A stretch of 64,000 nucleotides of DNA, from the NCBI GenBank assembly GCA_026770705.1, contig JANJGN010000026.1, positions 36,022,001-36,086,000 on the forward strand. Direction: 5' to 3'. The notes beneath the pieces are model-generated. The model had not been told where the DNA came from and did no database searches. It saw only the letters and a list, made by a program, of their open reading frames with translations. Below are positions 49,551-62,599 of this stretch, piece by piece. The position numbers and the translations under genes were made by a program. How positions within the stretch are numbered: position 1 is the stretch's first letter; each line of letters begins with the position of its first letter. Source of the stretch: Isurus oxyrinchus (taxonomy: Eukaryota).

Positions 49551-51379
49551 AGGGACTTATGGTTATAAAGTGTGGCTTTATAAGAAAGATTATGTCTGAG
49601 GCATCGATATATATACCCCAAGTTTTTTTTTAAAACAGGTCCAAAGACGCCGTGTAAGGAATGAATCATAGACATTATCTGCTCAGACTTCCAAAGAACA
49701 CCTGATGAAATATCACAAGAGATTTCTATTAAAGCCTTTGATGTTAGGGGGTGACATACTCAGTTTGATTAGGTCGGCTGACAGGATATAGGTAAAATAA
49801 GTTTGGGATAGATTTGGATCTGTTTATCAAGCCCAGCCCCAGATAAAAAGCACTAATTCTCCTCTTTCTGATGGGGTACGTTCAGACCATGCAACTACAG
49901 AGGATCTAGATTTCCATATTTAAGGTGACACTGAGCAGTTTCCACGTTGTCAACACGAACTGCAAATAGAGATCGATGCCTATTCAAAGTTACTCTTGTT
50001 ATGCTGATTTCACATTCATTTGCACTTCCGTCAATCTGTCTCTTTAACCTTGGACTATCCATCAGTCTGGGTAATTATCGATCTGCTGGTTTATCTATCT
50101 ATTTGTGTACAGATCATGAAATTTAATGGTGCATTAAGTAGTGTCCATACTTCTGGGCAATAAGCTTCCAGTTCCACCCCAGGACATGTTGGCCACGGAA
50201 GATGCATTCGTGACGTGGCAAAGCAGGTTGATTATCACCCTGTAAATCCTTCCTTACACCTGATGGCAGGTGGTAAATGCAGGCGATTATTTGTTTATAT
50301 ATGGACACTTCACTGTACCTCCTTTTTCATGTAAATGTTTTAAGCCACCCTACTACCTACGTCTTAAGTTTATTTTTATCATCAACAAGGCTTGATTTAA
50401 AAAGAAACGCTATTGTTTTGGCGTAATGACCCGACCTTTATTTAGGCAAAATGCTAATCGTTGTCTTTCTTATCGACAGATAGTCATGGATACAATTCTA
50501 CATTGAGATATGTGACAGGACGTCCATTTGAAGCTACAGCATTTCCTTGAATCTTGAAACCTTTACTCTCTTGTCGTTCTCTCTCTCTTTCTCTTTCTCC
50601 CATTCAGTTCTTCAAACCCGTCAAGAATCCAACCGATTCGTTGCAATGTCCGTGACCTTTGCTAACATGTTATCAGACAGTAGGGGGCGTTGCAATTGTT
50701 CGTTCAATCCTGATTGAATCGAGACATGGCCGGGCAGCCAGAGGATGATTTCTGGACCCAACAATCGGAACCCCTAATTAGCAAAATCTTTATAAAGACC
50801 TATCAATGTAAAACGTGAGAGCAAAGTATTAAATTGAAAGGAAAGCCTAATGCATTTTCCCAAGCCACCCTGCTCCCAAGCAGCTGAAGTCCTTGGTAAT
50901 ATACAAAAGCTGTTATCACCCTTGCCTCGGGCAGGCAGAAATATAGACCTGTCTGTAGATAAATGGAATGATAACACGCGCATGAACATAGCAGATATGG
51001 GTTGCAAAATGGGTTCGGGATGAATGAGCTGCACACAAGATAGAGCTGCTTTTGTTGTACAGTGTTTCTTTGGTTAATACATTTAGCTTAATTAAGGTTA
51101 CATAGGATCTCAACGTATTCCATGCATTCTGTGCAAACATTACTGTGGAAAAGCACAAAGAGGGACTTTAAACTAAGGCTGAAAGCCGATCAATATGGGG
51201 GTGCGCTGGGTTGGGTGTTTCCAAAGCATTACGCAATGCAGCAGCACGATCTTCAGTTAAAGTTATGGGACCTGAAACTGCACAGCAAGGCAGAGAAGGA
51301 AATGAGAACCCAGATGTAAAATGGAACTTTGCACCGGTAAAATGCTATGACTGGATATGATGGATCTAGCAGATCCATC

Positions 51380-51599
51380 AATACAAGTCTTGTGACCTCA
51401 ACTGATAGCACTTTCCATGCTTTGGATCACGTTAAAACGATCGCCTTCCCCTGCCTCTTTAGCTTATTACTTGTATTGGGTATTAGTAGGAACGCAATTG
51501 CTTAGTGGCACATCATAAGATTAAAGAAACTCTCGTCCCCATCTGATGTGCTTGTGCTGGACTTAACCATCACCAACTTGTTGATTATTGCTGCTTCCA
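51380..51599 (+). repeat. 220-bp inverted duplicate of 52246-52465
   Basis: Reverse-complement match with ~7 mismatches by hand count. Confidence 0.9.
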
Positions 51600-51693
51600 A
51601 CAGATCCTAGCAGATCCTGAGCACCAAAATATAATTCAGGGACGTGATAACAGGCAAAGCAGAAAAGGAGAAGAGCCAACATTCCAGCATCTA

Positions 51694-51795
51694 CAGAATT
51701 ACCTGGAAAAACTCAGCAGGTCTGGCAGCATCGGCAGAGAAGAAAAGAGTTGACGTTTTGAACCATTTTTCCAGCATCCACAGTTTTTTGTTTTT
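51694..51795. mobile_element. 102-bp Penelope-type insertion with internal inversion and 13-bp TSD
   Basis: ATTCCAGCATCTA at 51681-51693 and 51796-51808 flanks cagaattacctggaaaaactcagc.. plus inverted aaaaacaaaaaactgtggatgctgg. Confidence 0.8.
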
Positions 51796-52839
51796 ATTCC
51801 AGCATCTATCTTCAAAAGTTTCTTTTCATCAACTCCATGGGTTGCTTCCCAGTTCCCACTCCTGTCAGTTTCTGTGATGTCAGGACATAGAAGATGAACA
51901 GGATCCGGGCTGGAATAGCGAACGGCATAATTTCAGAAATCAGCACGAATATTTCCCGTGGCCTCCACGCCGTGGACATTTCCTTGCATGAAACTGTATT
52001 ATATAATATCTTTATCTGTCTGAAAATATTAATTAAACTCAGAGCTAAGACTTCCAGCCAAGTTTCAATGGACAGAATAACATAGTATCGATGCTTTCTC
52101 CAGGCCTGAGACCTGGTGAGGTGGGCAGCAGCTATGTATTAGTCAACAACAATGCAGGCCATGAAAGGTGCATACAAGAGAAGGATAAAACTATTATATA
52201 ACTGCATTGTGATATAATCTAGGGTAATAGCAATAATGTCAACTGTGGAAGCAACAATAATCAACAAGTTGGTGATGGTTAAGTCCAGCACAAGCACATC
52301 AGATGTTGACGAGAGTTTCTTTAATCTTATGATGTGCCACTAAGCAATTGCGTTCCTACTAATATCCAATACAAGTAATAAGCTAAAGAGGCAGAGGAAG
52401 GCGATCGTTTTACCGTGATCCAAAGCATGGAAAGTGCTATCAATTGAGGTCACAAGACTTGTATTTCCACTCTGATTGGATGGGTTAATCTCAGGCGAGG
52501 GTGTGAGGACTGTTACGTTCCAGCTCACAAATTTATGAATTTGATGTAACATAGAATATGGAGAGCAGTGGAGAAAATAATGACCTTAAATCGTACAATA
52601 ACAGTTGAGACTACGCGGTCAGATTATTGGCTGTTAACTTCCCACTTTTATCTCCAACACGTCAATGCTATTTCATTCGTACAGTTTGGCTAATGTACTT
52701 CTCGGAAAACTATGGATACCATCTGATATGAGAGATCCCTGTGGTGACAACATGCGGGAATCAGAATCCTGTAAATTTACAGATGGAAATAAAGTTATTG
52801 AAGTACTCAAAATAATGTCATCCTATATGTTGGAAAGCG

Positions 52840-53420
52840 AGCTATCTGGACACTGAATAATGTTTCTCACTCTCCCTCAGAAATATGCCTGTCCGCTGCT
52901 TGGTATCTCTAATGACTCTCCCTGTGCATGGACAGTTATTTCCCTGCCTCTCTGTTTGAGCGAGATATTTGCAAACTGCCCACACTGACCCTCAGTCTCT
53001 TTCCCTCGGGAAGATATTTGACCCCTGTCTGAGATTCCCTAGCCTTTACCTTTTATCTAAATGAAAACTGATTAACGACTCCGACTCCCAACCGCTGATG
53101 GAAATATCTGCACGCTGGCTCATGTCTTCAAGTCCCTCACCTCAGAAAGATATTGGTACACTGATTTGTATCTTTCCGTGCCTCCATCTCAATGAAATAT
53201 TTGTGCACTAACCAATTCTTCTGAGTCTGCCTCCTCTGGGGAGGTATCTGCACGCTGACTGATATTGTTTAAGTTTTTCTCTCACAGGAAGATAGTTGCC
53301 CACTGACTGGTGTCACCCTTTGCGCTTTGAGTCAGCAAAATATCTAAAGATTATATGGTGCCCCTAAGCCCCTCTCTTGGAGGTACATCTGCACACTAAC
53401 TGTTTGCTCTCGGTCCCTTT
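52840..53420 (+). repeat. Degenerate copy of the ~47-bp minisatellite
   Basis: Recurring ga(g/a)atat(c/t)tg(c/t)ac(a/g)ctg(a/g)ct units. Confidence 0.7.
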
Positions 53421-53489
53421 TCGGAGGCTTGGGTAGGAGGAGGGGTAGGGGAGGGGAGGAGGTGGGTGCGTGTGAGGAGGAAGTAGCGG

Positions 53490-54010
53490 AGAAGGTGGCG
53501 TAGCGTTATTGTCACTGGACTAGTAATTCAGCGACCCAGAGTAATGCTCTGCACACTGGGGCTCGAAACAATGTGGGTCACCCTGTAATGGCCTAGCAAG
53601 TCACTCAGTTGTATCAAGCCTCTAGAAAGCATATAAGAAGTAAAACCGCACGGGCAACCCGGCATCAAATTAGGCACCGGAAACTACAACAGCAAACTCA
53701 ACGCTGTCGACGTTGCAAAATCCTTCTTACTGACATCTGGAGGGTTTGTGCCAAAATTGGTAGAGCTGCCTCACAGACATGTAAGCAATAGCCTGAAATA
53801 GTCATCCTCGCGGAATCATACAAGACAGGTAATGCCCCAGGCACCAGCATCACCATCCCTGGGTATGTCGTGCCCCAACGGCACGGACAGATCCAACAGA
53901 GGTGGCGGCGCCGTGGTACACAATCGGGAGGGAGTTACTCTGGGAGCCCTCAACATTGACTCCGGGCCCCACGAAGTCTTATTGCATCTGGTCAAACATG
54001 GACATCTACA
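53490..54010 (+). mobile_element. tRNA-like head plus start of a CR1/L2-group LINE (endonuclease remnant)
   Basis: ggtggcgtagcgttattgtcactggactagtaattcag head; IVILAESY and DRSNRGGGAVV remnants. Confidence 0.55.
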
Positions 54011-54819
54011 CCTGATAACCTTTGATTCCTTTGCCTAACAAGAATCTACCTAGTAGATCAGATGTCAGTACACACTGAGATTTCCATATCCTCAATGCGA
54101 TATTCAACATTTTCCATATTGTCGACATGAACTGCAAACAACCATTGAAGGACCAGGGCAACGTATTCATCAATATTTAAAGTAATTCATTCACTGCTGA
54201 GGTTTTTCTTACGTCTATTATTTGCCATCTCCAAAGTAAATAACTCTCTCCCTCTCGTGTCGCAGGTTTATGCCTGTTTCCTTATGCAGCAAAATCTGTC
54301 TCAGCTCCTTTATGTCTCTATCTTTGTAGCTAACGATTAGACCCCCGATTTAGATTGATGCAGGACTAAGAAGAAAAAGCCGAGCGGAAAATTTACCTAA
54401 CAGCCCAGCTTTCTTTCGCTACATGTAATTGTACTGGACATTTTTTTAAAAAGGAAGGCGCCGCTGGTTTGTGTAATGAATTATTCATTTATTTACTCAA
54501 ATGCTGAACTTTGTATACCGATTGTCAATGAAATAATTAGAAACACAGGTGAGCAAACATACCGTTCGAAATTGTACAACATTTCCTTGAGGATAGAACT
54601 CGTCCTTGGTCACCTCCCATCCCGTCTTCTGATAATAAGTAATTTTATTAATTAAACACTCAAGTCCGTATTTGGAAAACACCTGTATTACCTCTCCTAA
54701 CATGACGCCAGATTGGAGGAACCATTGCAGTTGTTATTTCGTTCTGAAGCCCTCCAACCATTCAAGGTTGAACGCACCCTTTGTGTCCACAGGGAGCCTT
54801 GTTGCACATCCCTCATGGG

Positions 54820-55145
54820 AACATAGAAACAGAGGACTTACGAGCAGAAATAGGCAATTCAGCACTGGGATTATGCTCCGCCATTTGATAAAATTATGGC
54901 AGATCTCGTTATGGTCTCAACTCAGCATTCTAGTCTGGAAACTATATTTGCCTCTCAAAACAAATATCCAATTTAGCCTTGAATAAAGTCAATGGCCCAG
55001 ACAAAACCTTTTTCTGAGAAAAAGAATTTCACAGGCGAATGACCATCTGAGAGAAGACAAAATGTCTTCTCATCTCTCTCTTGAAAAGGAGGCAGCTTGT
55101 TTTGAAACAATGTCCCTCTAGCTCTAGCTCTAGTCCTCATAATCT
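54820..55145 (-). mobile_element. CR1 LINE 3' tail
   Basis: gaacatagaaac..gagcagaaataggcaattcagc reverse tail; RTRARARGTLFQ. Confidence 0.65.
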
Positions 55146-57229
55146 GGTAAAGGATTAAAAAATAGTTTGTTTCATATTCAATCCTGCTCTGAACTCTGAT
55201 TTCCAGCATCCATTTTCCCACATCTTTGCCTCCAGTTCATCACTAATTTAATGTTAGATTGTCTTAGTTCAATGAAGCGAATTCTCCACTCTGAATCAGG
55301 AGGTTATATCCTCACTCAAGATTGAACCCTTCATTTAGGCCGCATTGACCGCTAGCGCTGGAAGGGCACTGCCCAGTCGGCGGTGCTGCCTGCCTGGACG
55401 AGAGATTAAATATTCTTCCATAATTTGTGCCAACTCCAGCCAATTTAATTTTCCCTCCTAACATACCTAGTGGAAAGTGCCTGTGTAAGCAGTTCGGATT
55501 GCAATTACACCCTCTCGCCTCCGCAGAGCCCCATCACTTCCGTTTTGCTTTTGTGTCTCGGCTGCAGGGGATTTCCGGTGTTGGATTCAACTCAACTTCT
55601 CTGCTTCGCACAATGTCCCAAATCTTGCTATTCCCGTTTAATAAGGATATCAGCTCATATTGAAAGGTGGATGGAATGGATGATGTTGAAGTGGGCCTGA
55701 ATTACATCCACACTTCAGCGGTTCAAGAAGCCAGCTCACCATCACCTTCTCAAGCGTAACTAGGGATGGGCAATAGATGCTGGCCCAGCCAGCGAAGCCC
55801 ACATCCCGTGAATGAATAAAAAATCCTACTGGTCTAACTCTCCCTGAGCATTCCAGCCCCATTGCAGCTGTAGAGAATCTCCAATTACAGATACATGCTG
55901 ACCTCTCTGCGCCCCAAATTACTCCAACTCTTGCTCGTTAGCTATAAATACAAACTTGAAAACAAAGCCTTATGCTGAAGCGATCACATATTGTATGTCC
56001 TTAACCTGGGATTGAATTGTTTCTGCGTGCCCTTTCTCGAGGTTCCCGGCCCTCAGACCGCACCCCAGATGATATCCACGATCGGTCTTGGTTCCTTACG
56101 TGAAATGCTAGTGGAGGCGACGAAAAACTCCCTAAAGCAAGCCAGTCGCAGCAGTAAAATTTGTTTTTTATATTCTATTCATGGTCTATTCAGTGAAGCT
56201 CGCATGAGGCTAGAAAGCATCCTGGGAGTCCCGGCTGATAGACTCTGCTGCATTTTGCCCTCAGTCCAAACTTTCCGCGTTGCCCTACATTACATAACAC
56301 AGCAGCTACTGCTTATCCTGAATACATTACTTTAAAATCTTCGTAAATTACATTTATTCTGACGCTCCACCCTTTGCTTTTGAATTTTCATCAATTTTCC
56401 AATTGGACATCAAACTGAAATTTGAAAGAGGCATATCTAAAACAGCAACAACGACGTGCATTTATATAGGCCCTTTAATGGAATTATACAGCCCACAACC
56501 CTTCGCAGGACCATTTTGAAACAAAATTACAAAGCGAAAGACTTAGGGAGATGGTAGGTCAGAGCAGCAAAAACTTGCTCAAAGACGTAGGTTTTAAGAA
56601 GTGTCTCAAAGGAGAATAGATATTGGTCAGCTGTGATTAGATACAAATGGCAGCACTCGGCTGAATATGCATCGAGCAACTGGTTGGGATGTCAATGCCG
56701 CGAATCCAAACCTCTTCTAGAGCTGAGATCTGGCTAGATTATTGTAGTGAAAGTGCTTGATCAGCCTCCTGCGTTTGCTACCGTTCTCTTCACTTAGCCA
56801 TCGTGTTTGTCGTGTTATTTATGAAACTGCATTTGAAACCCTTATCTATCCTTCAGCAAACCCACGATCATTGGTCTTGGGGAAGTTTCAGAGTCCATTT
56901 ACGATATTGCTAGTGTTCTGTGATTATAGATACTGAAGGAATCAAAGTTGCAATTGAAGGGGCAGATAACCATATTGAATGATTGATAGATGCAGTGATA
57001 GACACAGTGATTGAGACAGGTGAACTGACACATGGAGGCACAGGGCGAAAGTTCAATTATGAGGCCAATAGGGATGTGAAAAGGGCTGAGATAAATATAG
57101 GTGCAAATATATAGATTTCACGTGGAGATAGAGTGAGATTGGGACGTTTAGGGAGAGATGCGTTGGCATCCTGCCATCCACAAGAGATGATGATGAGCAC
57201 GCAGCACACAATCCATTTAAGTGGGGTCT

Positions 57230-58215
57230 ATTACCTTGGTGCACCTTCATGAGGGTTGCCAGGGCCAACTCTTAAGAGACAGGTTCAGCCACAATTGCAG
57301 CACATGAAGCCGTCAAGTGACGTTGCAGTTTGTTGTTCTTAACATGAGCACCTGTTGCCAGGCTGCAGTAGCCATTGGTCACGGGGGTAGTGCACGTCAG
57401 CCCATAAAAGGTGTCGCCATTTTCCCATTTCACCAGCTACTGACGTCTGATACCGACCGTGGGTGTTCAGGCCCTTCACGTCGCGCCTGAAAGCTTCCTT
57501 GAAGTAGGGCCCTGGCGCCCAGGTGGTCGCCTGGCTCGGGATAAGTCATCATACAGAAGACCCCTGGGTTTTCGGCAATCATCCATTCTGTGGATATGCC
57601 CGATCTACCGAAGCTGCCACTGTTTGATTGGTGCCAGCACACTTGGGAGCTATGCCTTTGAGACAGCTGTCAAATCCGTGATTCTGTCCTGGTGGACTCT
57701 GCCCAGAATGCACCACAGGCAGCGAAGATGGAAATTATTGTGCTTCTTTGACTGGTAGCCATAAGTCGCCAATATTTTACCGCTATGAAACAAGGTGCTG
57801 AGAGCATGGGCCTTATAAGCAATCAGCTTGACCTAAAGGGGCAGGTTTGAGTTATACCATGTACGTTTCGTGGGTTGGGCAAAGATAGTGGTTGTAATCG
57901 CATGTATACATGGGGCTTTGCAACAAGGCAATGTTACCGTGGACCCGAGGTAGCAGAAGTTGCTAATCACTTCAAGTGGGATATTCTTTACTGTGATCAG
58001 TCGTGGAGATTTCCGCTGGAACCTTGTCCCAAGACCATAGCTTACTTGACACCTATATTCAGGATGAACCAGTGACTGACATGGGAGAGACAACCCATGA
58101 GCATCGTCAGTGCAGAGCGGTCTCCTGATTGGGACACGATGTGCTTTTGTATTTGCTTTAAATCCTGAAAGATTGCAGAGCTTGCTGTCTGACCTAGTCT
58201 GCAGGTAGACTACTC
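57230..58215 (-). mobile_element. Degenerate RTE-clade LINE fragment
   Basis: LQTRSDSKLCNLSGFKANTK..IRRPLCTDDA..FCYLGS resembles the RTE RT motif (RTDGKLFNL..LLYADD..FxYLGS). Confidence 0.7.
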
Positions 58216-58759
58216 CCACAATGAGAGATAGAGATAGATATAGAGAAAGAAAGGTAGGAACACATAGAGATATAGTGGTATAGAGCGACATGCAGGTAGA
58301 TAGTGAAATATAGATAGAGAGATAGATAGATATTTGGAGAGGCAGAGGTACGTAGACAATAATGGAACGATTATGAGATACGTTGATAGACGGACACTTA
58401 ATGATGCATAGCTAGAAAGATGAAACATGCATGATAGTTAGATGGAAATACACAGTGAAAGATACTGAGAGTGATAGGCAGATAGAAAGATATATACATA
58501 GACAGAGGAGTAAATAAATGGACAGATGGCGAGTACATGAGTAAACAACATTTACAAAAGCCACAAAATACATCGAGATAGACACATGTTTAAGATTGGA
58601 GAGATTACACTGAAATTTATTCAGCTGAAAATGGTGTAAAATTTCCTCCATTTGCACAAACAAGATAGCTTTCTTTTGCATTTCTTTCAGCTCAAAACAA
58701 CGGCAAACTCAACCCTGTCGACCCTGCAAATTCCTCCTTACTAGGCGTTTAGACTTACA

Positions 58760-59215
58760 GACGTTTGCCGCGCTGAAGGATGCCACTCGGCCCATCGTGT
58801 CCGCGCCGGTCAACAAAGATCTGACCACACTAATCCCATTTCCCAGCACTTGGCCTATAGCCCTGGTGGCTATGGCAACACACGTGAATATCTAAATACT
58901 TCTTAAATGTTACGAAAATTTCACACCCGTTCAGGCAGTGAGTTCCAGACTCCCACCGCCCCCTGGCTGGAACAGAAATCTCCCGACCTCATCTCAGCCT
59001 TCTACCTCTTACCTTTAATCTAAGCACCCCCTGGTTATTGACCCCTCTATAAATGGAAAACGCTCCTTCCTATCTATCCTATCTATGCCCCTCATAATCT
59101 TATAGACCTCTGCCAACCTTCGCTACTCCAAAGAAAACAACCCCAGCCTATCCAATCTTTCCTCATAGCTCAGACGCTCCAGCCCAGGCAGCATCCTGGA
59201 AAATCTCCTCTACAG
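58760..59215 (-). mobile_element. CR1 LINE 3' fragment
   Basis: ccactcggcccatcgtgtcc..ctaatcccatttcccagcacttggc reverse tail and ORF2 end. Confidence 0.8.
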
Positions 59216-61303
59216 CATTGCAAGGACTCATGGTACAGCAATACACTGGGGTCGGAGACCAAGGCTTTACCAATCGTTGACTCGGTGATGTCAGTAGTTT
59301 TAGCAAAACTAAGAGAGAATCAGTCTGCAAAGTAGAACTTTCAATTTGTTATCCATCCATGGAGAGGGTGAACAGCGGAGGGTGCCTGGAATGTTGACTA
59401 CTCCACAGCACATAAGAGTCAGAATAACTTGGTTGAAGGTGCAGTTCAGGGTGATAATACTTTCCTCTTCAGCCGTCATTTCAGCAGCCGACTATTCTAC
59501 TGTGTGTTGATGGCTCAATTCTGACATAAATGTTGGGAATAGTTACCATCTCATCATCAGCAACATCATTATCAGTGCATCGTTTTATTCATTTACGGAA
59601 TTTGGGCTTCGCTGGCTGAGCTAGCATTTATTGCCCATCCATAATTGTCATTGAGAAGGTGGTGATGAGCTACCATCTTGAACGCTACAATCCGTGTGGT
59701 GCAGGTAAACAAACACAAGGAATTGCAGGATTTACAATGAAGTTGGAATCAACTGCCATGTGTCTGTTCATCTGCATTAAATTATATTACAATAATAATA
59801 TTAACAGGAATAATGCGACACCAATATGCAAGAACATCGTTCAACAAGTTGAGAACCCGGTGATTTTTCCAATTAGTGCACATTTACCTGAGATCGCCAC
59901 CAGATGGAGCTCCCACATCGTGCTTGTTTGTTTACTGCCACAGGAAGGGCACAATAACATGACGATTAAGATCTTGATCTAGTAATCCAGGAGGCCATGT
60001 AGTTCTCGGAAGTCAACGTTTCCATCTCATGTGTTGCATAATGTTAATTTTCTTTCCCTCCTGGAATTCCTGCTTCCAATTAGGGCACTGCTTTTCCCAC
60101 AATAACACAGTTTCTCTCACTATCAATACCTTTGTTTACCTTGTTGTCTGTTTGTTTGTCTCTCATCGTCTCTCTGTCTATAATGTCTTCATATTCCTAC
60201 AACTTTTCCCTTCCCCGTATCTTCATCCATTTCCCTCTATTATCTCCATCTGTTTCTCTCCCTCGCTCTGTTTCTGCCTCTGCCTCTATATTTATCACAG
60301 TCTCTCCCTCTGGGTCACTCACTGCATTTTCATTTTTTTTCTCTTCATTTCGTGCTTTAATGTGCCCGTACTGCTCCATCTGTTTCTCCTTCTGTATTTG
60401 CATCTAAATCCTACCCTCTCTCTCTTTATCTATCTATGTGTGTGTGTGTGTGTGTCTCTCTCTCCCTCTCTTTCTCTCTCATTTCTACCCTTTATCACTC
60501 TCTCATTTCTCTCATTGCTTCTCTCTCTGTTAATCTCTATGTTTCTCCTTCATTTTCTGGCATTGCCTTCCCTCCTGCTAATCGTCGCCCTGTATCTCCA
60601 TCAGTGTTTTGCTCACTGTCTCTCACTCAGACTTTCTCTTTATATCTCAATCCGCGTTTCTACCTTTGTCACTCCCTGATTTTTTTCTGTCTGCCTGTCG
60701 ATATGATTCTCCCCGCAGACTCTCAGTTTTGAAAAAAAAAGCAAGTATTTAGATGAATCTTAAATTCTCAATGCATTGAAAATGTCCAAATGTTCCTTAT
60801 ACATTCTATTCCCTGGAGATTATTTAGCATTAAATGACGTTTACTGTTGTAGAAGGCGAGGTTAGTCAATAATGTGCAGCCACTGCAGGCAATACAATTC
60901 ATGTGTTTCCGGGCCTGGGCACAACAACAGGCCTCAAATGCGCGTACATTAAAGGCATTCGTTTCCAAAACCAATTGCGGTTATTCATCATTTTTAAGCT
61001 CTAATTAAATGCAGGGGAAATTGCAGTATTGAAACAACCGATGGGCTCAGTCTGCATCAGACACAATGGATGTGTACCCTTGTATGAAAGCAAAATACCA
61101 CGGGTGCTGGAGATTTGAAATGAAAGCAGAACATGGTGGAAAGGTCTGGCAACATCTGTGGAGAGAGAAGCAGATTGAACGTTTCGGGTCCAATATTAAT
61201 CTCCTTCCCAATTCCGGGCTTGCCCACCCGTACTTCCTGAACTAAAGGAGACAGTTGTGGCTTTTATTGAAAAGGATAGATGAGAAATCTGGCTCCAAGG
61301 GGC

Positions 61304-61431
61304 ATATCAGCGAGTGCACCGCATCAGCGAGTGCACCACATCAGCGAGAGCATCGCATTAGCGAGAGCAGCGCATCATCTAGAGCAGCGCATCAGCGAGC
61401 GCAGCTCATCAGCGAGCGCAGGGCATCAGCG
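61304..61431 (+). repeat. 17-bp minisatellite (gcatcagcgagNgcaNc), ~7.5 copies
   Basis: Units start at 61304, 61321, 61338, 61355, 61372, 61389, 61406 and 61423. Confidence 0.9.
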
Positions 61432-62599
61432 TTAGATTGAATCCTTGCCCTCCGTGATGATATGAAAGATATTTACTACGAAAGTAATGTTCTTGATTTC
61501 AAATCGCAATAATTCCCGATGAAACTAATCCTCCAGTAATATTCCTGATCCACCGAGTGCAGAAACCAGGAAACACAATGAATGGAATTAGCTTCATACT
61601 TTTGATCTTTAGCGAGGACTGACAATCTCCACACCCAACGCTGCTCTCCTCAATACAGTTGACGTGTTTGTGAATTACAGGTCCACATACACCATCCGTT
61701 CAGCAGGGAAAGTGTTAACAGGGTCGGCTGAAGCCTGTTACTGTTTTATTGCTATTGTTTTCTCATGTTGCTAACCTTCAGCTCTTGGCTGTTGGCCAGG
61801 TCTGTTCCGGAAACAGTGTTTAGTTCAGTCAGGCGGAGATCAATGCACCATCCAGCAGCGGAGGAGTCCATTCGGACCATTTTGCTTGTGCCAGCTCTTC
61901 GTATGTCCAATGCAATTAACCTCTCATCCTTGCTCTTTCCCCAAACCCAAGACAATTCTTCATTCACATGTTTGTAACATTATTCAATTAATTCATTTTT
62001 AAAAGGAAGTAGCGAAATATAGTCGGGAATAGAGGTTATCGTTTCAAATGAAAAGTGTGTTTCATTTTAAACCTTATGATGAACGATTAAGATATTAAGA
62101 ATGTAAATATATTGTAAATATATTTCATAGAGCAGAGTTTGTCTGATCTCACCTACTGCTTACCTCTCCCGTTCTGCTCAACCCTGTCAGTCAATCCCTA
62201 TTTCATTCATGTAATAGGTGGAATTGGTTTAATTGACCGTGTTGCTTTACTCAAAGCTTTCAGAGCACCCTGGTCCTCTATAACCACCTTTCTATTTGCC
62301 GTGGATTGCCCTAATGATCAGTGAGAAGCTCTTTTAACGTGAGCTTCCGGCACTGATACCAGCGCAATATGAACACTTTCCATTCACTCCACCCACCTCG
62401 CGGACTCAAACAGTTGAAGGGATAACATTGTGTTTAATTCCTGTTCTACTCACTGTTCCATTCACTGTTGCCCGATCTGATATCACGAATTGGAGAGTAA
62501 AGGAGCTCTCAGCTGATTGGACGAATAACAGAATAAAGGACCTGATTGGATGCCACCTGCTGATTCTGTCAAGAATGAACCAATAGGCAGAAACGCCGG

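Larger units (their letters stand above)
51229..52552 (-). pseudogene. Second copy of the P2Y/LPAR-like GPCR; multiple stops and two insertions
   Basis: FVSWNVTV..NAIA*WH..DVLVLDLTITNL..FMACIVVD*Y..WRKHRYYVILSI..FCFACYHV..DLLDP..FRSHNFN*RSCCCIA*, colinear with 43087-44078. Confidence 0.85.

Noticed and set aside
60029-60732. 216-aa hydrophobic ORF and overlapping ORFs
   Set aside because: They arise from CT-rich low-complexity sequence; the same applies to ORFs at 13314-13693, 36882-37103 and 45161-45712.
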